Below, piece after piece: positions 43,979-54,774 of a stretch of DNA of 64,000 nt. The DNA is from Candidatus Omnitrophota bacterium (lineage in GTDB: Bacteria; Omnitrophota; Gorgyraeia; Duberdicusellales; 4484-171), in assembly GCA_021735655.1 (NCBI GenBank), contig JAIPGM010000007.1, positions 6,125 to 70,124 on the forward strand. The letters run 5' to 3'. The position numbers and the translations under genes were made by a program. Each line of letters begins with the position of its first letter. Within the stretch, counting starts at the first letter, position 1. A model generated the notes under the pieces. It was given only the letters and a program-made list of their open reading frames with translations. It was not told the origin of the DNA and made no database searches.

Positions 43979-44545
43979 TCAGTCAAGTTGATATAAATTA
44001 TGTTTTTTTATGTACTCAAACACTCTGTCTTTGACTAAATGCTCTATGCAGTGCCCCTCTTTAAATAGCTGTCTTATCTGTGAAGAAGATATGTACAATT
44101 GAGCAATATCTAAAAGAATAAAATCGTCTTTTTCCTTTAAAGGATAGTTATTACGACAAGCAACCGCTATCTTTATCAACTTTTTAACTTCTTGATAATC
44201 CTTCCAGCTGGAAAAATCATTAGCCAGGTCTGAGCCAATAATAAGATAAAACTGATCATCAGGATATTTATCTTTCAACTCTTTAATCGTATCTATGGTG
44301 TAGGAAGTGCCACCTCTTTTGATTTCACAATCTTCGATTTTAAAACGCTTATCTTGTGAGAAGGCTAAGCTTATCATATCCAGACGCCTTGCAACTTCAA
44401 CCTTATCGTTTTGTTTATGAGGAGCTATATTAGTTGGAACCAAAAGAACCTTGTCGAGCTTAAGCTGTTCCATAGCTTCGATAGCTAAAACACTATGCCC
44501 TAGATGCGGAGGATTAAATGTACCGCCAAGAATTCCTATTTTCAT
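43979..44545 (-). CDS. nadD: nicotinate-nucleotide adenylyltransferase
   Basis: GGTFNPPHLGH motif. Confidence 0.9.
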   Translation of the reverse strand: MKIGILGGTFNPPHLGHSVLAIEAMEQLKLDKVLLVPTNIAPHKQNDKVEVARRLDMISLAFSQDKRFKIEDCEIKRGGTSYTIDTIKELKDKYPDDQFYLIIGSDLANDFSSWKDYQEVKKLIKIAVACRNNYPLKEKDDFILLDIAQLYISSSQIRQLFKEGHCIEHLVKDRVFEYIKKHNLYQLD

Positions 44546-45792
44546 GTACGTATTTGCCCTGTACCTTTAACTATCCATTTGTAGGTCGTTAGTTCCTCTA
44601 ACCCCATTGGTCCGCGAGCATGTAACTTATCAGTCGAAATACCGATCTCAGCACCAAGACCAAACTGATAGCCATCGCTGAAACGGGTTGAGATATTTAA
44701 AAAACAACAAGCAGAATCAACTTCTTTCAGAAACTTATTAGCATTTACCTTATTTCTAGTAAGAATACTCTCAGTATGTCGAGAACCATAGGTATTTATA
44801 TGCTCAATCGCCTGGTCAACGCTCTTAACAACTTTTATTGCTACGATTAAATCTAGGTATTCAGCACTCCAGTCACTCTTATTGGCCAGTTTTGAATTCT
44901 TAAGTAACTTATGCGTTTTATTATCTCCCCGAATCTGAACACCGTAGATATCGAATACTTTTTCAAGCAAAGGTAAGAATTTTGAAGCAACCTCTTCATG
45001 AACCAGAATAGTCTCAACAGCATTGCAAACTGAAGGCCGCTGGACTTTAGCATTAATACATATCTTTAATGCTTTTTTTAAATCTGCCGTGCTATCAACA
45101 AAAATATGGCATACCCCTTTATAATGTTTTATTACCGGAATAGTTGAGCTTTTTACTACCTTTCTGATTAAGGATTCTCCGCCACGCGGAATTACAATAT
45201 CAATATAGGCATCTTGCTTTAGAAGTTCAGCTACTGTACGGTGGTCTAACTTGTCAACTAGAAAGAAAGGCTTAAAATCAATACCACTGTCTCTTAAGGC
45301 CCGATAAAGAACAGTAGTAATTGCGCTATTTGAATTATAGGCGTCTCTGCCGCCACGTAAAATACCCAAGTTAGAAGTTTTAAACAGTAGGGCAATGCAA
45401 TCACTGGTAACATTCGGCCGAGCCTCATAAACTATTAAAACAACCCCCAAAGGAACCCTTACCTTCTGGACCTTAGCTCCATTGGCCATAGTATTCTCAT
45501 AAAAAACTCCACCAACTGGGTCAACTAATTGGGCTACCTGTTTTAAAGAGACACTCATTTCTTTAATCCGGGCGTCATTAAGAGTAAGTCGATCAATAAA
45601 ACTTTGCTTTTTGTTATTCTTTCTAGCTAAAAGAATATCTTTCTGATTCTCTTTCAAGATAAACTCACGTCCATCTAATAAAGCTTTGGCCATGGCTTTA
45701 AGTACCTTATTCTTTTGAACCGTGCTCAAATTAGCCAGCTTAAAACTGTTCTCTTTTGCCTGGGCTACTAGCTTTTTTACATAAACACTCAT
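44542..45792 (-). CDS. proA: gamma-glutamyl phosphate reductase
   Basis: Aldehyde-dehydrogenase fold with ProA-specific motifs, 416 aa. Confidence 0.9.
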   Translation of the reverse strand: MSVYVKKLVAQAKENSFKLANLSTVQKNKVLKAMAKALLDGREFILKENQKDILLARKNNKKQSFIDRLTLNDARIKEMSVSLKQVAQLVDPVGGVFYENTMANGAKVQKVRVPLGVVLIVYEARPNVTSDCIALLFKTSNLGILRGGRDAYNSNSAITTVLYRALRDSGIDFKPFFLVDKLDHRTVAELLKQDAYIDIVIPRGGESLIRKVVKSSTIPVIKHYKGVCHIFVDSTADLKKALKICINAKVQRPSVCNAVETILVHEEVASKFLPLLEKVFDIYGVQIRGDNKTHKLLKNSKLANKSDWSAEYLDLIVAIKVVKSVDQAIEHINTYGSRHTESILTRNKVNANKFLKEVDSACCFLNISTRFSDGYQFGLGAEIGISTDKLHARGPMGLEELTTYKWIVKGTGQIRT

Positions 45793-45802
45793 AATTTATA
45801 CT

Positions 45803-46891
45803 TTATTTATTAGGCTCAGAAGATATCGTACAGGAATGATAAGAAAAACCCTTAAGACTTTTAGTAAAATTGTCCCGATGAATTACTGCTTTGGCTAATT
45901 TCTTTTTTGTTTTATTCTTTAACTCCTCAATAGGATAATGAGTTAAACCGAAACCCAAAAGTTTGCCTTGTTCATCAACCACAGCTACCGCATCGTCCTT
46001 TTTAAAGCAACCCTCAACAGAAGCTATCCCTACATTTAAAAGACTCTTTCCTTTATTAAGCAAAGCATCTTTTGCTCCCTGATCAATAAAAATCTTGCCC
46101 CTTATTTTCTTGCTCACAATCCATTTCTTGCGTTCTCGCTCTGTGCTTTGAGAAGGACAAAATAGAGTGCCCAGAGTTTCACCGTTAATAATCTTTGAAA
46201 TAACACTTTTAATCGAACCTTTAGCAATAATTGTCCTGATCCCCGAAGATGTTGCCATTTCGGCTGCCTGAAGCTTAGTAATCATTCCGCCGGAAGTATG
46301 AGTTTTATCCTCTTTCTTAGCCAAAGATGTAATATCAGAAGTAACCTGAGAAACTTCTTTTATAAGTTTAGTTTTATCAAACAAGCCTTCGACATCTGAA
46401 AGCATAATTAACTTTTGAGCCCCAACCAATACTGCTACCCGAGCCGAAAGACTATCATTATCGCCAAACCTAATCTCCTCACAGGAAACTGCATCATTTT
46501 CATTAATTATCGGAACTATATCCATGGCTAGTAACTTATCAATAGTAGTTCGGATATTTACAAAGCGGGAACGTATATCAAAATCATCCCAACTAAGAAG
46601 AATCTGAGCACAACGTCGCTTATATTTTTTAAACTTACTGTTGAAAGTATCCATCAACACAATCTGGCCATATGAAGCTATGGCCATAAGCGAATGGATA
46701 TCGGCAGGCTTGCGCTTCAAACCCAAAGCATTCACCCCAGAGGCAATTGCCCCTGAACTAACTAAGACAACCTTATAGCCTAAACTTTCAGACTCAAGGA
46801 TATCTCTAACAATTTGGTTGACTAAAGCTGGGTTCAACTTACCCTTGGGAGCTATGACGCTGCTTCCTATTTTTACAACTATCTTTTTCAT
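45803..46891 (-). CDS. proB: glutamate 5-kinase (with C-terminal PUA domain)
   Basis: Amino-acid kinase fold (VVKIGSS) plus PUA domain. Confidence 0.9.
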   Translation of the reverse strand: MKKIVVKIGSSVIAPKGKLNPALVNQIVRDILESESLGYKVVLVSSGAIASGVNALGLKRKPADIHSLMAIASYGQIVLMDTFNSKFKKYKRRCAQILLSWDDFDIRSRFVNIRTTIDKLLAMDIVPIINENDAVSCEEIRFGDNDSLSARVAVLVGAQKLIMLSDVEGLFDKTKLIKEVSQVTSDITSLAKKEDKTHTSGGMITKLQAAEMATSSGIRTIIAKGSIKSVISKIINGETLGTLFCPSQSTERERKKWIVSKKIRGKIFIDQGAKDALLNKGKSLLNVGIASVEGCFKKDDAVAVVDEQGKLLGFGLTHYPIEELKNKTKKKLAKAVIHRDNFTKSLKGFSYHSCTISSEPNK

Positions 46892-46920
46892 GATCGTTAA
46901 ATTACTCTAATCTGTCTCAC

Positions 46921-47832
46921 TTAGAGGCTTTTTAGGATTATTTTCTTCAAAGCTTGGAGCTTTAACTTTTCTTTTGTTCCGATTAATAAGAATTCATCGT
47001 TGCCTGCTTTCTTATCTATTGTATCAATTTTAGCCAACAAGTAAAAAATTTTTTTTCCTTTTAATAATAACGAATCGTAACGCTCAACCTCTCGACGAAT
47101 ATCCTGAAAGTCGTTCTCATAATCACTTTGATTATCGCTTAAAAAAATAACTACCTTGCTACGCAGAATTTGTCCGAGGAAGTTATTTTTCGCCTCCTGA
47201 CTAGGTTTCTCAATCCTAGTAAGCGGCGGCGTATCTAATACCGTAAAATAATCAAACTCATAATCGCAGGGCGCCCAAACGCAAGAAGTGGTAGTAAAAG
47301 GATAATCGGCAACTTTTTGATTTTGGCCGCACAAACTATTAAAAAGACTAGTTTTTCCGCAATTAGGAAATCCAAGGATTGCTACATCATGAGGAATTCG
47401 GTAGTCAAGGACCACCTCACGAACCTGACCTTCCTTGGCTTGAGTTATATAATTTCGTTTATGATTACCTAAGCCACCGCTTCCTCCCCGGCATAATAAA
47501 ATCTGATCATCTTCCTTAATCAAATCAAATACTACCTTGCCTTGCTCGATGACTCTCGTGCCAAGAGGTACTCCAACTATTAAGTCTTCAGCATCCGGGC
47601 CTTTTTTATTTTTTTTTGATCCGGGTTCACCATTAAGAGCGCGAAACTTTTTATTGCCTTTAAAAGTTTTTAGATCATAAAGATGGAGGTTAACCTTTAG
47701 GATAACACTTCCGCCTTTTCCACCATCGCCGCCAATGCCAACACTTTTGCCTGAAGAAAGTTTAATAACTCCTCGGCTTCCTTGGCCACCGGAACCTGAT
47801 TGAAAAACTACTCTTGCTTTTGAAAAAATCAC
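46921..47832 (-). CDS. obg: GTPase Obg
   Basis: Glycine-rich Obg fold (GGDGGKGGSV) followed by a G domain (GFPNCGKTS). Confidence 0.85.
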   Translation of the reverse strand: MIFSKARVVFQSGSGGQGSRGVIKLSSGKSVGIGGDGGKGGSVILKVNLHLYDLKTFKGNKKFRALNGEPGSKKNKKGPDAEDLIVGVPLGTRVIEQGKVVFDLIKEDDQILLCRGGSGGLGNHKRNYITQAKEGQVREVVLDYRIPHDVAILGFPNCGKTSLFNSLCGQNQKVADYPFTTTSCVWAPCDYEFDYFTVLDTPPLTRIEKPSQEAKNNFLGQILRSKVVIFLSDNQSDYENDFQDIRREVERYDSLLLKGKKIFYLLAKIDTIDKKAGNDEFLLIGTKEKLKLQALKKIILKSL

Positions 47833-48167
47833 TTTGCTGAGCTTTGGCTCTGTGAAGAAGTTGCAACAATGCGGGTAATAGTAAGATTGGTAAGGATTTG
47901 ACGATGCCCTTGTTTTTTACGATATTTCTTTCGGCGTTTGCTCTTGTAAATGATAACCTTTTTGCTCTTTACTTCAGCATCAATCTGAGCCTCAACCTTT
48001 GCCTTATCTACATAGGGAGTGCCTACTTTAATCTTTTTATCATCAGCCAAAAGCAATATCTTATCAAAAACAATCTTGCCCTCTTTTTCCTTAAGGCGCT
48101 GGACCTTTATCCGATCCCCTTTTTTGACCAAATACTGCTTTTTGCTTATTTCTACTACTGCTAACAT
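47829..48167 (-). CDS. rplU: 50S ribosomal protein L21
   Basis: MLAVVEISKKQYLVKKGD is a typical L21 N-terminus. Confidence 0.9.
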   Translation of the reverse strand: MLAVVEISKKQYLVKKGDRIKVQRLKEKEGKIVFDKILLLADDKKIKVGTPYVDKAKVEAQIDAEVKSKKVIIYKSKRRKKYRKKQGHRQILTNLTITRIVATSSQSQSSAK

Positions 48168-48222
48168 AGGCTAAATATTAACATAGGCCCTAAATTACGT
48201 CAAGCGAAAAAGAAATTACCCC

Positions 48223-48693
48223 TCAAATGGCTGATTTTTTTAAATGTGACGGGGTCAAGTCAATTACTTCGCCAACCTTCATCTCAATAAGGTATTTAAA
48301 CTTAGGAAAACGCGACTCAGGATGCAATGAAGAACCTTTATCTTTCTGAATATTCTTAACTACCCGCTTGGACATCCGATCAATTAATCGCTTCTCCCAT
48401 TTCTTGATAACCGCTTCTTTTACATTTTTGCGTTCTACCATATAAGCAAGGCCTTTTAAAGCAAAACCAATAAATTGATGTTCGTCTATAGCGGTTATGG
48501 TTATGGTCGGGTTTTTTTCTAAATTAGAAAAAGTTTTCGCTTCGTATAGGTCAATCAAATATACCCTACTATGATCAACCCCGACGATTCCCTTGGCTGA
48601 AGAATGTATCTTATTATTTTGATCAAGAGTAGAGACAATAACAAAATCTTGATTATGGAAAAAATTAATTATCGAATCTGATAGCTTTTCCAT
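48223..48693 (-). CDS. hypothetical protein, pyridoxamine-5'-phosphate-oxidase-like FMN-binding split-barrel (tentative)
   Basis: 156 aa; weak resemblance only. Confidence 0.4.
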   Translation of the reverse strand: MEKLSDSIINFFHNQDFVIVSTLDQNNKIHSSAKGIVGVDHSRVYLIDLYEAKTFSNLEKNPTITITAIDEHQFIGFALKGLAYMVERKNVKEAVIKKWEKRLIDRMSKRVVKNIQKDKGSSLHPESRFPKFKYLIEMKVGEVIDLTPSHLKKSAI

Positions 48694-48695
48694 AG

Positions 48696-49604
48696 TTAAT
48701 GAGTAGAAATATATTTAAAGGCCGAAAGACAAGCTTTTGAGCCCTCGCCACAAGCAATAATAATCTGCTTCTCAGGAACATCAGTTACATCTCCAGCAGC
48801 AAACACACCTTCGATATTAGTCTTATTATTCTGATCAACAATAATCTCACCTTTCTGATTTTTTTTCAAAATTCCGGCAAAGCCAACATTAGGCGCTAGC
48901 CCAACTTCAATGAATACTCCCTCTAACTCTAGATTAACTACCCTTCCCTGCTGCTCAAATTCGATCCCCTTAACAAAGGTTTCACCATATATTTTTTTCA
49001 TCTGAGCATTATTATGAATCTCGACCAATTGAGACTGATCTAGCTTCTCAATCATTATTGGATCACCGGTAAGCTTTGGCCCAATATTAACTATGTGCAC
49101 TTTTGGTGAAATTTTAATCATTTGTAAAGCTGCCTCTAGTGCTGAATTGCCACCACCGATTATGGCAACCGATTTATCCTTAAAAACTGGGCCATCGCAA
49201 GTCGCACAATAGGTAACACCCTTATTCTTATACTCCTCTTCACCAGGAACATTAAGCATCCGTGGTTTTTTCCCGGTTGCAACAATGATCATTCTTGAGA
49301 TATACTCCGCTTTATCAGTAATTACCCTTAGCCGATCTCCCTCTTTCTTTAAATCCTTTACCGTTTCAGGTATATTTGTCTTAGTACCGAATGATTCCAT
49401 ATGTTTTTGAAATTTTAAAGTGAGCTCCGGACCAGTAATAAATTGATAACCGGTGTAATTTTCGATATCCCCGCTCCAAGCAGTTTGGCCGCCAATATCA
49501 AAACTAATTATTAAAAAATTTAGGCGCTTTCTCACTGCGTAAACCGCTGCAGTTATCCCTGCTGGACCAGCACCAAGAATTATTAAATCGTAAATTTTAC
49601 TCAC
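48696..49604 (-). CDS. trxB: thioredoxin-disulfide reductase
   Basis: FAD motif GAGPAG, redox CATCDG, NADPH motif GGGNSA. Confidence 0.92.
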   Translation of the reverse strand: MSKIYDLIILGAGPAGITAAVYAVRKRLNFLIISFDIGGQTAWSGDIENYTGYQFITGPELTLKFQKHMESFGTKTNIPETVKDLKKEGDRLRVITDKAEYISRMIIVATGKKPRMLNVPGEEEYKNKGVTYCATCDGPVFKDKSVAIIGGGNSALEAALQMIKISPKVHIVNIGPKLTGDPIMIEKLDQSQLVEIHNNAQMKKIYGETFVKGIEFEQQGRVVNLELEGVFIEVGLAPNVGFAGILKKNQKGEIIVDQNNKTNIEGVFAAGDVTDVPEKQIIIACGEGSKACLSAFKYISTH

Positions 49605-49635
49605 TTTTTATCCAAAAAGGTATATTTAGGTATGT

Positions 49636-49860
49636 TTATAGGAAAGAATCAATCTTATCTTTATCAAAACCAATAATAATTTTACCGTCGATAGAGATAA
49701 CCGGAACTCCCATTTGCCCTGAAATCTTTACCATTTCTTCACGAGCAGCAGCATCTTGAGAAACATCAAAATTTTGGTAAGCTATGCTCTTGGAAGTCAG
49801 GTAATCTTTCACCATCACGCAATAGGGACAAGTTTTGGTAGAGTATACTTTTACTTCCAT
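49636..49860 (-). CDS. glutaredoxin/NrdH-like small redoxin (CPYC)
   Basis: 74 aa with TCPYC active site. Confidence 0.85.
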   Translation of the reverse strand: MEVKVYSTKTCPYCVMVKDYLTSKSIAYQNFDVSQDAAAREEMVKISGQMGVPVISIDGKIIIGFDKDKIDSFL

Positions 49861-49866
49861 TGTAAT

Positions 49867-50349
49867 TCACTCCATCAGTTTCTTTTTAACAAGATTGAGT
49901 TTGGAAAGATGTTTCTTCTCATCGCCGACAATCTTATTAAAAATATCCAACTTTAAAGGTGTGATCTGATCTTTTAAAGTTGAATAGACCAGTATTACTT
50001 TAATCGTTATATATATCGCGAACTCAACCGCATCGAGATCCTTCTCAAATAACTCTCTGGTTTTTTTCTCAATCATCTCCTGGGCATAAAGAAAACTTGG
50101 AATAATGTCTTTCAAGTAAGGATCATACTCTCCCGAAACAAGTTCATAAACCACATAACCCTCAGGGTCATCCCGCATCTCACTAAGTACCTTGCTGTAC
50201 ATTAAATTGTCCTGTTCAAGATCAGCCCAAAGATCTCGTAATTCGCTATTTATTGTTTTCTGACCCAAAGCCTCATAAAGTTTTGCTAAATTATATTTAA
50301 CCTTAAAAGCTATTTCTAAAATTTTTTGAGGATTAAACTGTTCGGACAT
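49867..50349 (-). CDS. ferritin-like four-helix-bundle protein (degenerate di-iron motifs)
   Basis: Paralog of the next gene; only one ExxH motif (DEKKH) is retained. Confidence 0.5.
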   Translation of the reverse strand: MSEQFNPQKILEIAFKVKYNLAKLYEALGQKTINSELRDLWADLEQDNLMYSKVLSEMRDDPEGYVVYELVSGEYDPYLKDIIPSFLYAQEMIEKKTRELFEKDLDAVEFAIYITIKVILVYSTLKDQITPLKLDIFNKIVGDEKKHLSKLNLVKKKLME

Positions 50350-50362
50350 GGAATTCTTAGTT

Positions 50363-50842
50363 CTAAGTAAGTATGTGTTTTAGGTTTTTCAACTGTACAA
50401 GATGCTTCTCTTCTTCCTTAATGATCTTATCTAAAACAGCCAGCTTATCTTTTTTTATATATTCTCTTAAGGCAGTATAAGTAAGAATTGATATTTTTTC
50501 AACTGAGATGCCGAAGTCTATAGCCTGATTGCTGTTTTCAAAGCGCTGGCTAATAAACTTTTTAATTAAACCCTGGGTAAAAATATACTCAGAAGCAATC
50601 GCGCCAAGATAGGCTTGATGTTCTCCAGGAGAAAACTCAAATATTAAATAATCTTTCTGATTATCAAGCATCTTCTGAAATAGCTCTCGGTGAATCTCTT
50701 CCTGTTCTTTTAGATAAGACCAAAGCTGTTCAGTTTTTTCATCCTGGCTTTCTGAAGCCAAGGCTTCATACAAATCTTTACCGTTTTTTTCAACTTCAAC
50801 GGCTATTTTTAAAATTTCACCAGGGCTATACTGCTGCAACAT
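50363..50842 (-). CDS. ferritin-like/rubrerythrin-like di-iron four-helix-bundle protein
   Basis: Two ExxH motifs (EEIH, EEKH), 159 aa. Confidence 0.55.
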   Translation of the reverse strand: MLQQYSPGEILKIAVEVEKNGKDLYEALASESQDEKTEQLWSYLKEQEEIHRELFQKMLDNQKDYLIFEFSPGEHQAYLGAIASEYIFTQGLIKKFISQRFENSNQAIDFGISVEKISILTYTALREYIKKDKLAVLDKIIKEEEKHLVQLKNLKHILT

Positions 50843-50845
50843 AGA

Positions 50846-52027
50846 TTAATCATCCTTTATTTTATCCAGTATTTTTGGAATTATTTCTGAAAGCGAAGCT
50901 AATTCTTTCTCATCAGGAATATATTGAAAATACTTACCTTCGGCTATTAATTCTATGCCCGAAGCCTTTAAGCCTTCTTCTAAATCCTTAAAGCCAGCCT
51001 TAGACCATCCGTAAGAACCGAAGCTAAAGCCAAACTTGGCTTTCGGCTTTAGCCCTTTTAAATAGGTAAATAAAGCCCCTAGCGAGGGAAGGATTCCATT
51101 GTTCAGTATCGGACTACCGACGATAACCGCCCTAGCAGAAAGAATATCGGCTACGACATCAGAAGTATCCTTTGTCTGCAAATTAACTAGATCCACCGGA
51201 ACATTTTCTTTATCAATCAACTCATAAATTCTTCTCGCCATCTTCTCGGTAGAATGCCACATACTATCATAAATGATAACTGCCCGTTCTTCGCTCTTGG
51301 CATTAGCCCACTTATCATAAAGATCTATAATCGTTTCGATATTCTGCTTTTGTCGCCAAATTAAACCATGAGAGGGGCAAATTGCCTCTAAATTTAAAGA
51401 CTGTAAAGTCTCTAAGGCTTTTACCACTTGAACTCCATAAGGCATAACAATGTTGGCGTAATATTTAGCTGCTTCACGAAAAATAATATCAGCACCTATC
51501 TCGTCGACAAACCGCTCACTGCTGGCATAATGTTGCCCAAAAGCATCGTTAGAAAACAATATCTGTTGATCTTTAAGGTAAGTGACCATAGAATCCGGCC
51601 AATGAACCATCGGAGTTAAGTGAAATTGCAAAGTCCGTTTGCCTATTGAAAGTTTATCCTGTGAGTCAACAACTTTGAATTTCCAATCTTTCTTATAATG
51701 CCGTCCAAGAGCCTCTTTTCCTTTAGGAGAACAAACTACTTCAGCTTGAGGACAAAAATCAAGCAGCTTATCGATTGAGCCTGAATGATCCATCTCAGCA
51801 TGGTTTGAAATAATATACTGAATCTTAGACGGATGGATAATCTCCTTAATCCGGTTTAGCATGTCGTCCGATCCATAATGTTTCACAGTATCGATTAAGG
51901 TTGGCTTTTCATCCACGATAAGATAAGCATTATAGGTAGATCCTTTTGGCGTTGAATAACCATGGAAATTCTTTAAATCCCAATCAACATGACCAACCCA
52001 ATAGATATCATCATTTATTTTAATCAT
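50846..52027 (-). CDS. flavodiiron protein (rubredoxin:oxygen/NO oxidoreductase, FprA/ROO type)
   Basis: Metallo-beta-lactamase domain with HxExDH (NHAEMDHSG) plus C-terminal flavodoxin domain. Confidence 0.9.
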   Translation of the reverse strand: MIKINDDIYWVGHVDWDLKNFHGYSTPKGSTYNAYLIVDEKPTLIDTVKHYGSDDMLNRIKEIIHPSKIQYIISNHAEMDHSGSIDKLLDFCPQAEVVCSPKGKEALGRHYKKDWKFKVVDSQDKLSIGKRTLQFHLTPMVHWPDSMVTYLKDQQILFSNDAFGQHYASSERFVDEIGADIIFREAAKYYANIVMPYGVQVVKALETLQSLNLEAICPSHGLIWRQKQNIETIIDLYDKWANAKSEERAVIIYDSMWHSTEKMARRIYELIDKENVPVDLVNLQTKDTSDVVADILSARAVIVGSPILNNGILPSLGALFTYLKGLKPKAKFGFSFGSYGWSKAGFKDLEEGLKASGIELIAEGKYFQYIPDEKELASLSEIIPKILDKIKDD

Positions 52028-52051
52028 AATTTAATTTATTAACCTCTCTTT

Positions 52052-52216
52052 TTAATCAGCAGCCTTCTCAAACTGATCTTTACCTACACCACATTCAGGA
52101 CACACCCAAGAATCAGGAAGTTGTTCAAAAGCAGTCCCCGGCTCTATCCCCGAACTAGGATCGCCGACTGCCGGATCATAAATATAACCACAAACTACAC
52201 ATCGATATTTACTCAT
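52052..52216 (-). CDS. rubredoxin
   Basis: CVVCGY...CPECG motifs. Start set to MSKYRC, which is preceded by an AAAGGAG SD. Confidence 0.9.
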   Translation of the reverse strand: MSKYRCVVCGYIYDPAVGDPSSGIEPGTAFEQLPDSWVCPECGVGKDQFEKAAD

Positions 52217-52467
52217 AGTTTCTCCTTTAGCTTCGATTTTACCACATTCATTACTCTTGTAAACCCTCAAAAACTAAGCCTTTAATATAATTAATCCACC
52301 CGTTAATTACAATCTAAAACAAACCAGCGAATATGAGAAAACAGGCACCAACAAGCAATAGAAGAGCCACTAAGCCTGATATTGATTCAAAACAAATCGG
52401 GCAAACGCTTTTAGTTAAAGCATGCACCTTACAGTGAAAAAGTCCTATTGTCTTCTCAATCTAAACC

Positions 52468-52914
52468 TTAGCACACCGTTTGATTTTGTGAAAAATCAAA
52501 AATTAAACCCTTGAGCCTGTCACGCACCGTCCGAAAAGCCTCTAATTTTTCTTGATCGCCAACTACTGCAGCCGGGTCCTCTAACGACCAATGTATTTTT
52601 TTATAAACTCCCGGAAATACTGGACATTCTTTAGCAACATTATCACAAACCGTAATCAAATAGTCAAACTCCTGACCAATGAATTCAGTTAAACTCTTTG
52701 AACGCTGGCTAGAGATATCAATGCCGATTTCGGCCAATACTTTAATTGCATAAGGATTTACCAATGATGGCTTAGAGCCGGCACTTTCTACTTTAAACCG
52801 TTCTTGAGCCATATGCCTAAAAAGACCCTCAGCCATTTGGCTACGAGCAGAATTCTGAGTGCACAAAACTAAAACTCTCTTTTTTTTCATTAAAAAATTA
52901 ATTTTTAGCAGCAA
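52468..52914 (-). CDS. low-molecular-weight phosphatase family protein, ArsC-type arsenate reductase-like
   Basis: P-loop CTQNSARS and downstream Cys pair (VCDNVAKECP). Confidence 0.75.
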   Translation of the reverse strand: MLLKINFLMKKKRVLVLCTQNSARSQMAEGLFRHMAQERFKVESAGSKPSLVNPYAIKVLAEIGIDISSQRSKSLTEFIGQEFDYLITVCDNVAKECPVFPGVYKKIHWSLEDPAAVVGDQEKLEAFRTVRDRLKGLIFDFSQNQTVC

Positions 52915-52934
52915 CCGCCACCTAAAGACTCCTT

Positions 52935-54065
52935 TTATTTTCTACACAACTCTTTTTCCTTAATGTCTATTGTTTGAAGCAACGAATCAAAAGAACCCTG
53001 AAAAGCAATAACTCCTTTTTCCAACAACTCTTGGCAAACCTGGTTTAAATCAATACCTAAACTTCCAAGACTGTCAACGATAGACTTAGCTCCTAAGATA
53101 TCACCGTCCAAAGAAATATTAGCTACCCCGTGGTCAAGAAAGGCTTGAAAGGTAGCCTCAGGCAAAGTGTTAACCGTATTTTTTCCAATCAATTCAGTAA
53201 CATATTTGATGTCGCTGTAGGCTGGACTTTTTGTCGAGGTTGAAGCCCAAAGAACCCTTTGTAAATTTGCCCCTCTTTGCTTTAACGATTTAAACTGATT
53301 GGATGAAAAAATATCTAAATATTCCTTATAAATTAACTTTGAGTTTGAAACGGCGGCTTTCCCTTTTAATAATTCTAAATTAACTTTTTCTTGATCGGAA
53401 CTATCAATTATCATCTCATCTAGAAACCGGTCAATTACGCTATCAATCCTACTTACGAAAACGCTGGCTACCGAATGTAGATTTTTTAACTGACCGCCGA
53501 TCTCTAGGAATCGCTTTAAACCATTCATATAAGAAGCAGCCGTTTTCTTATACTGCTCTAAAGAAAAAATTAGAGTCGCGTTAACATTCATGCCTTGAGC
53601 CAATATCTCCTCAATTGCCCTAAAGCCTTCTTCAGTCGCCGGAATCTTTAGCATTAAATTTGGCCGCTTAACCTTAGTCCAAAGCCGTTTAGCTTCTTCA
53701 ATAGTCTCTTCTGTGTTATAAGCAAGCTGAGGATTAACCTCTAGACTAACATAGCCATCCTTACGGTTACTTTCATTGTAGACTACGCTTAAAAGATCAG
53801 CGGCTTCCTGAATATCCTTTACCGTTAAATTATCATATATCTCAAATGTAGATAACCCTTGTGCTGCCGATTCTTTAATTTTCTGATCATAATCAGAACC
53901 TTTTGAAATAGCCTTATCAAATATTGTAGGATTGGAAGTAATTCCCTTTAATCCTAAGGCGATCATTTCCTCGAGCCCACCCTTTTCAATTAAAGGACGG
54001 CTGATCTGATCCAACCAGGCACTTTGGCCTGCATCATACAACTCAACAATTCTTGTCTTATCCAC
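52935..54065 (-). CDS. tal: transaldolase (long form)
   Basis: ITSNPTIF motif and Schiff-base Lys region, 376 aa. Confidence 0.85.
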   Translation of the reverse strand: MDKTRIVELYDAGQSAWLDQISRPLIEKGGLEEMIALGLKGITSNPTIFDKAISKGSDYDQKIKESAAQGLSTFEIYDNLTVKDIQEAADLLSVVYNESNRKDGYVSLEVNPQLAYNTEETIEEAKRLWTKVKRPNLMLKIPATEEGFRAIEEILAQGMNVNATLIFSLEQYKKTAASYMNGLKRFLEIGGQLKNLHSVASVFVSRIDSVIDRFLDEMIIDSSDQEKVNLELLKGKAAVSNSKLIYKEYLDIFSSNQFKSLKQRGANLQRVLWASTSTKSPAYSDIKYVTELIGKNTVNTLPEATFQAFLDHGVANISLDGDILGAKSIVDSLGSLGIDLNQVCQELLEKGVIAFQGSFDSLLQTIDIKEKELCRK

Positions 54066-54220
54066 CGCTTACTCCTTTTTAGTTAGATAACTTACCTATC
54101 TAATATCATAATACATTCTTCCCAAACGCTCTGTAAATGACCCAAATATAAAACCCAAAGTTAACAACCAATTTAAGTATAATTACTGAAATCGTTTAGT
54201 CTATTAATCCCTAAAACCGA

Positions 54221-54760
54221 TTAATTAGAAATCCTGATCTTTAATGGTCCCTTATAAATTGATATCTTGGGCTTAATTAACTCTTGATCTTCGGAAGTCC
54301 CTTTTTTCCCAGACAAAAATTCTTCAATGTCAACAAGGAAAACCGTTGTCAAATTATCTTCATCCATATTTTCGGCATCCGAATCTTCATGAATAACTAT
54401 TTTAATCGTATGCCAACTTCCTAATTTATGAGCTTCAACTCCCCCGACATAAGTTCCTTGCCCCAAATTATCAGCAAAAAAACTATAAGGAGACTTTCCA
54501 ACTCCAGCCATTGCTGAACCCTTTAATAACCAAACAGTATACAAGCCACGAGGCTCTAAACCCTTTGCCTTGAACTCAATCCTATTCTTTCCACCGTAAT
54601 AAATATTTTCGTTTAAAAAAACTTTCAACTCTGCTTTATGATGAACGCCCTGCCCCTTAGCTGTAATTTTAGACTCAGCAAAAACTCCAATCGATAAACC
54701 AAAAACAAAAATTAAGAATGCTACGATTTTAACCCAATGGCCATAAATTTTCATCTTCAA
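54221..54760 (-). CDS. secreted hypothetical protein
   Basis: N-terminal signal peptide, no recognisable domain. Confidence 0.5.
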   Translation of the reverse strand: MKMKIYGHWVKIVAFLIFVFGLSIGVFAESKITAKGQGVHHKAELKVFLNENIYYGGKNRIEFKAKGLEPRGLYTVWLLKGSAMAGVGKSPYSFFADNLGQGTYVGGVEAHKLGSWHTIKIVIHEDSDAENMDEDNLTTVFLVDIEEFLSGKKGTSEDQELIKPKISIYKGPLKIRISN

Positions 54761-54774
54761 ATCTCCTTTGACTA

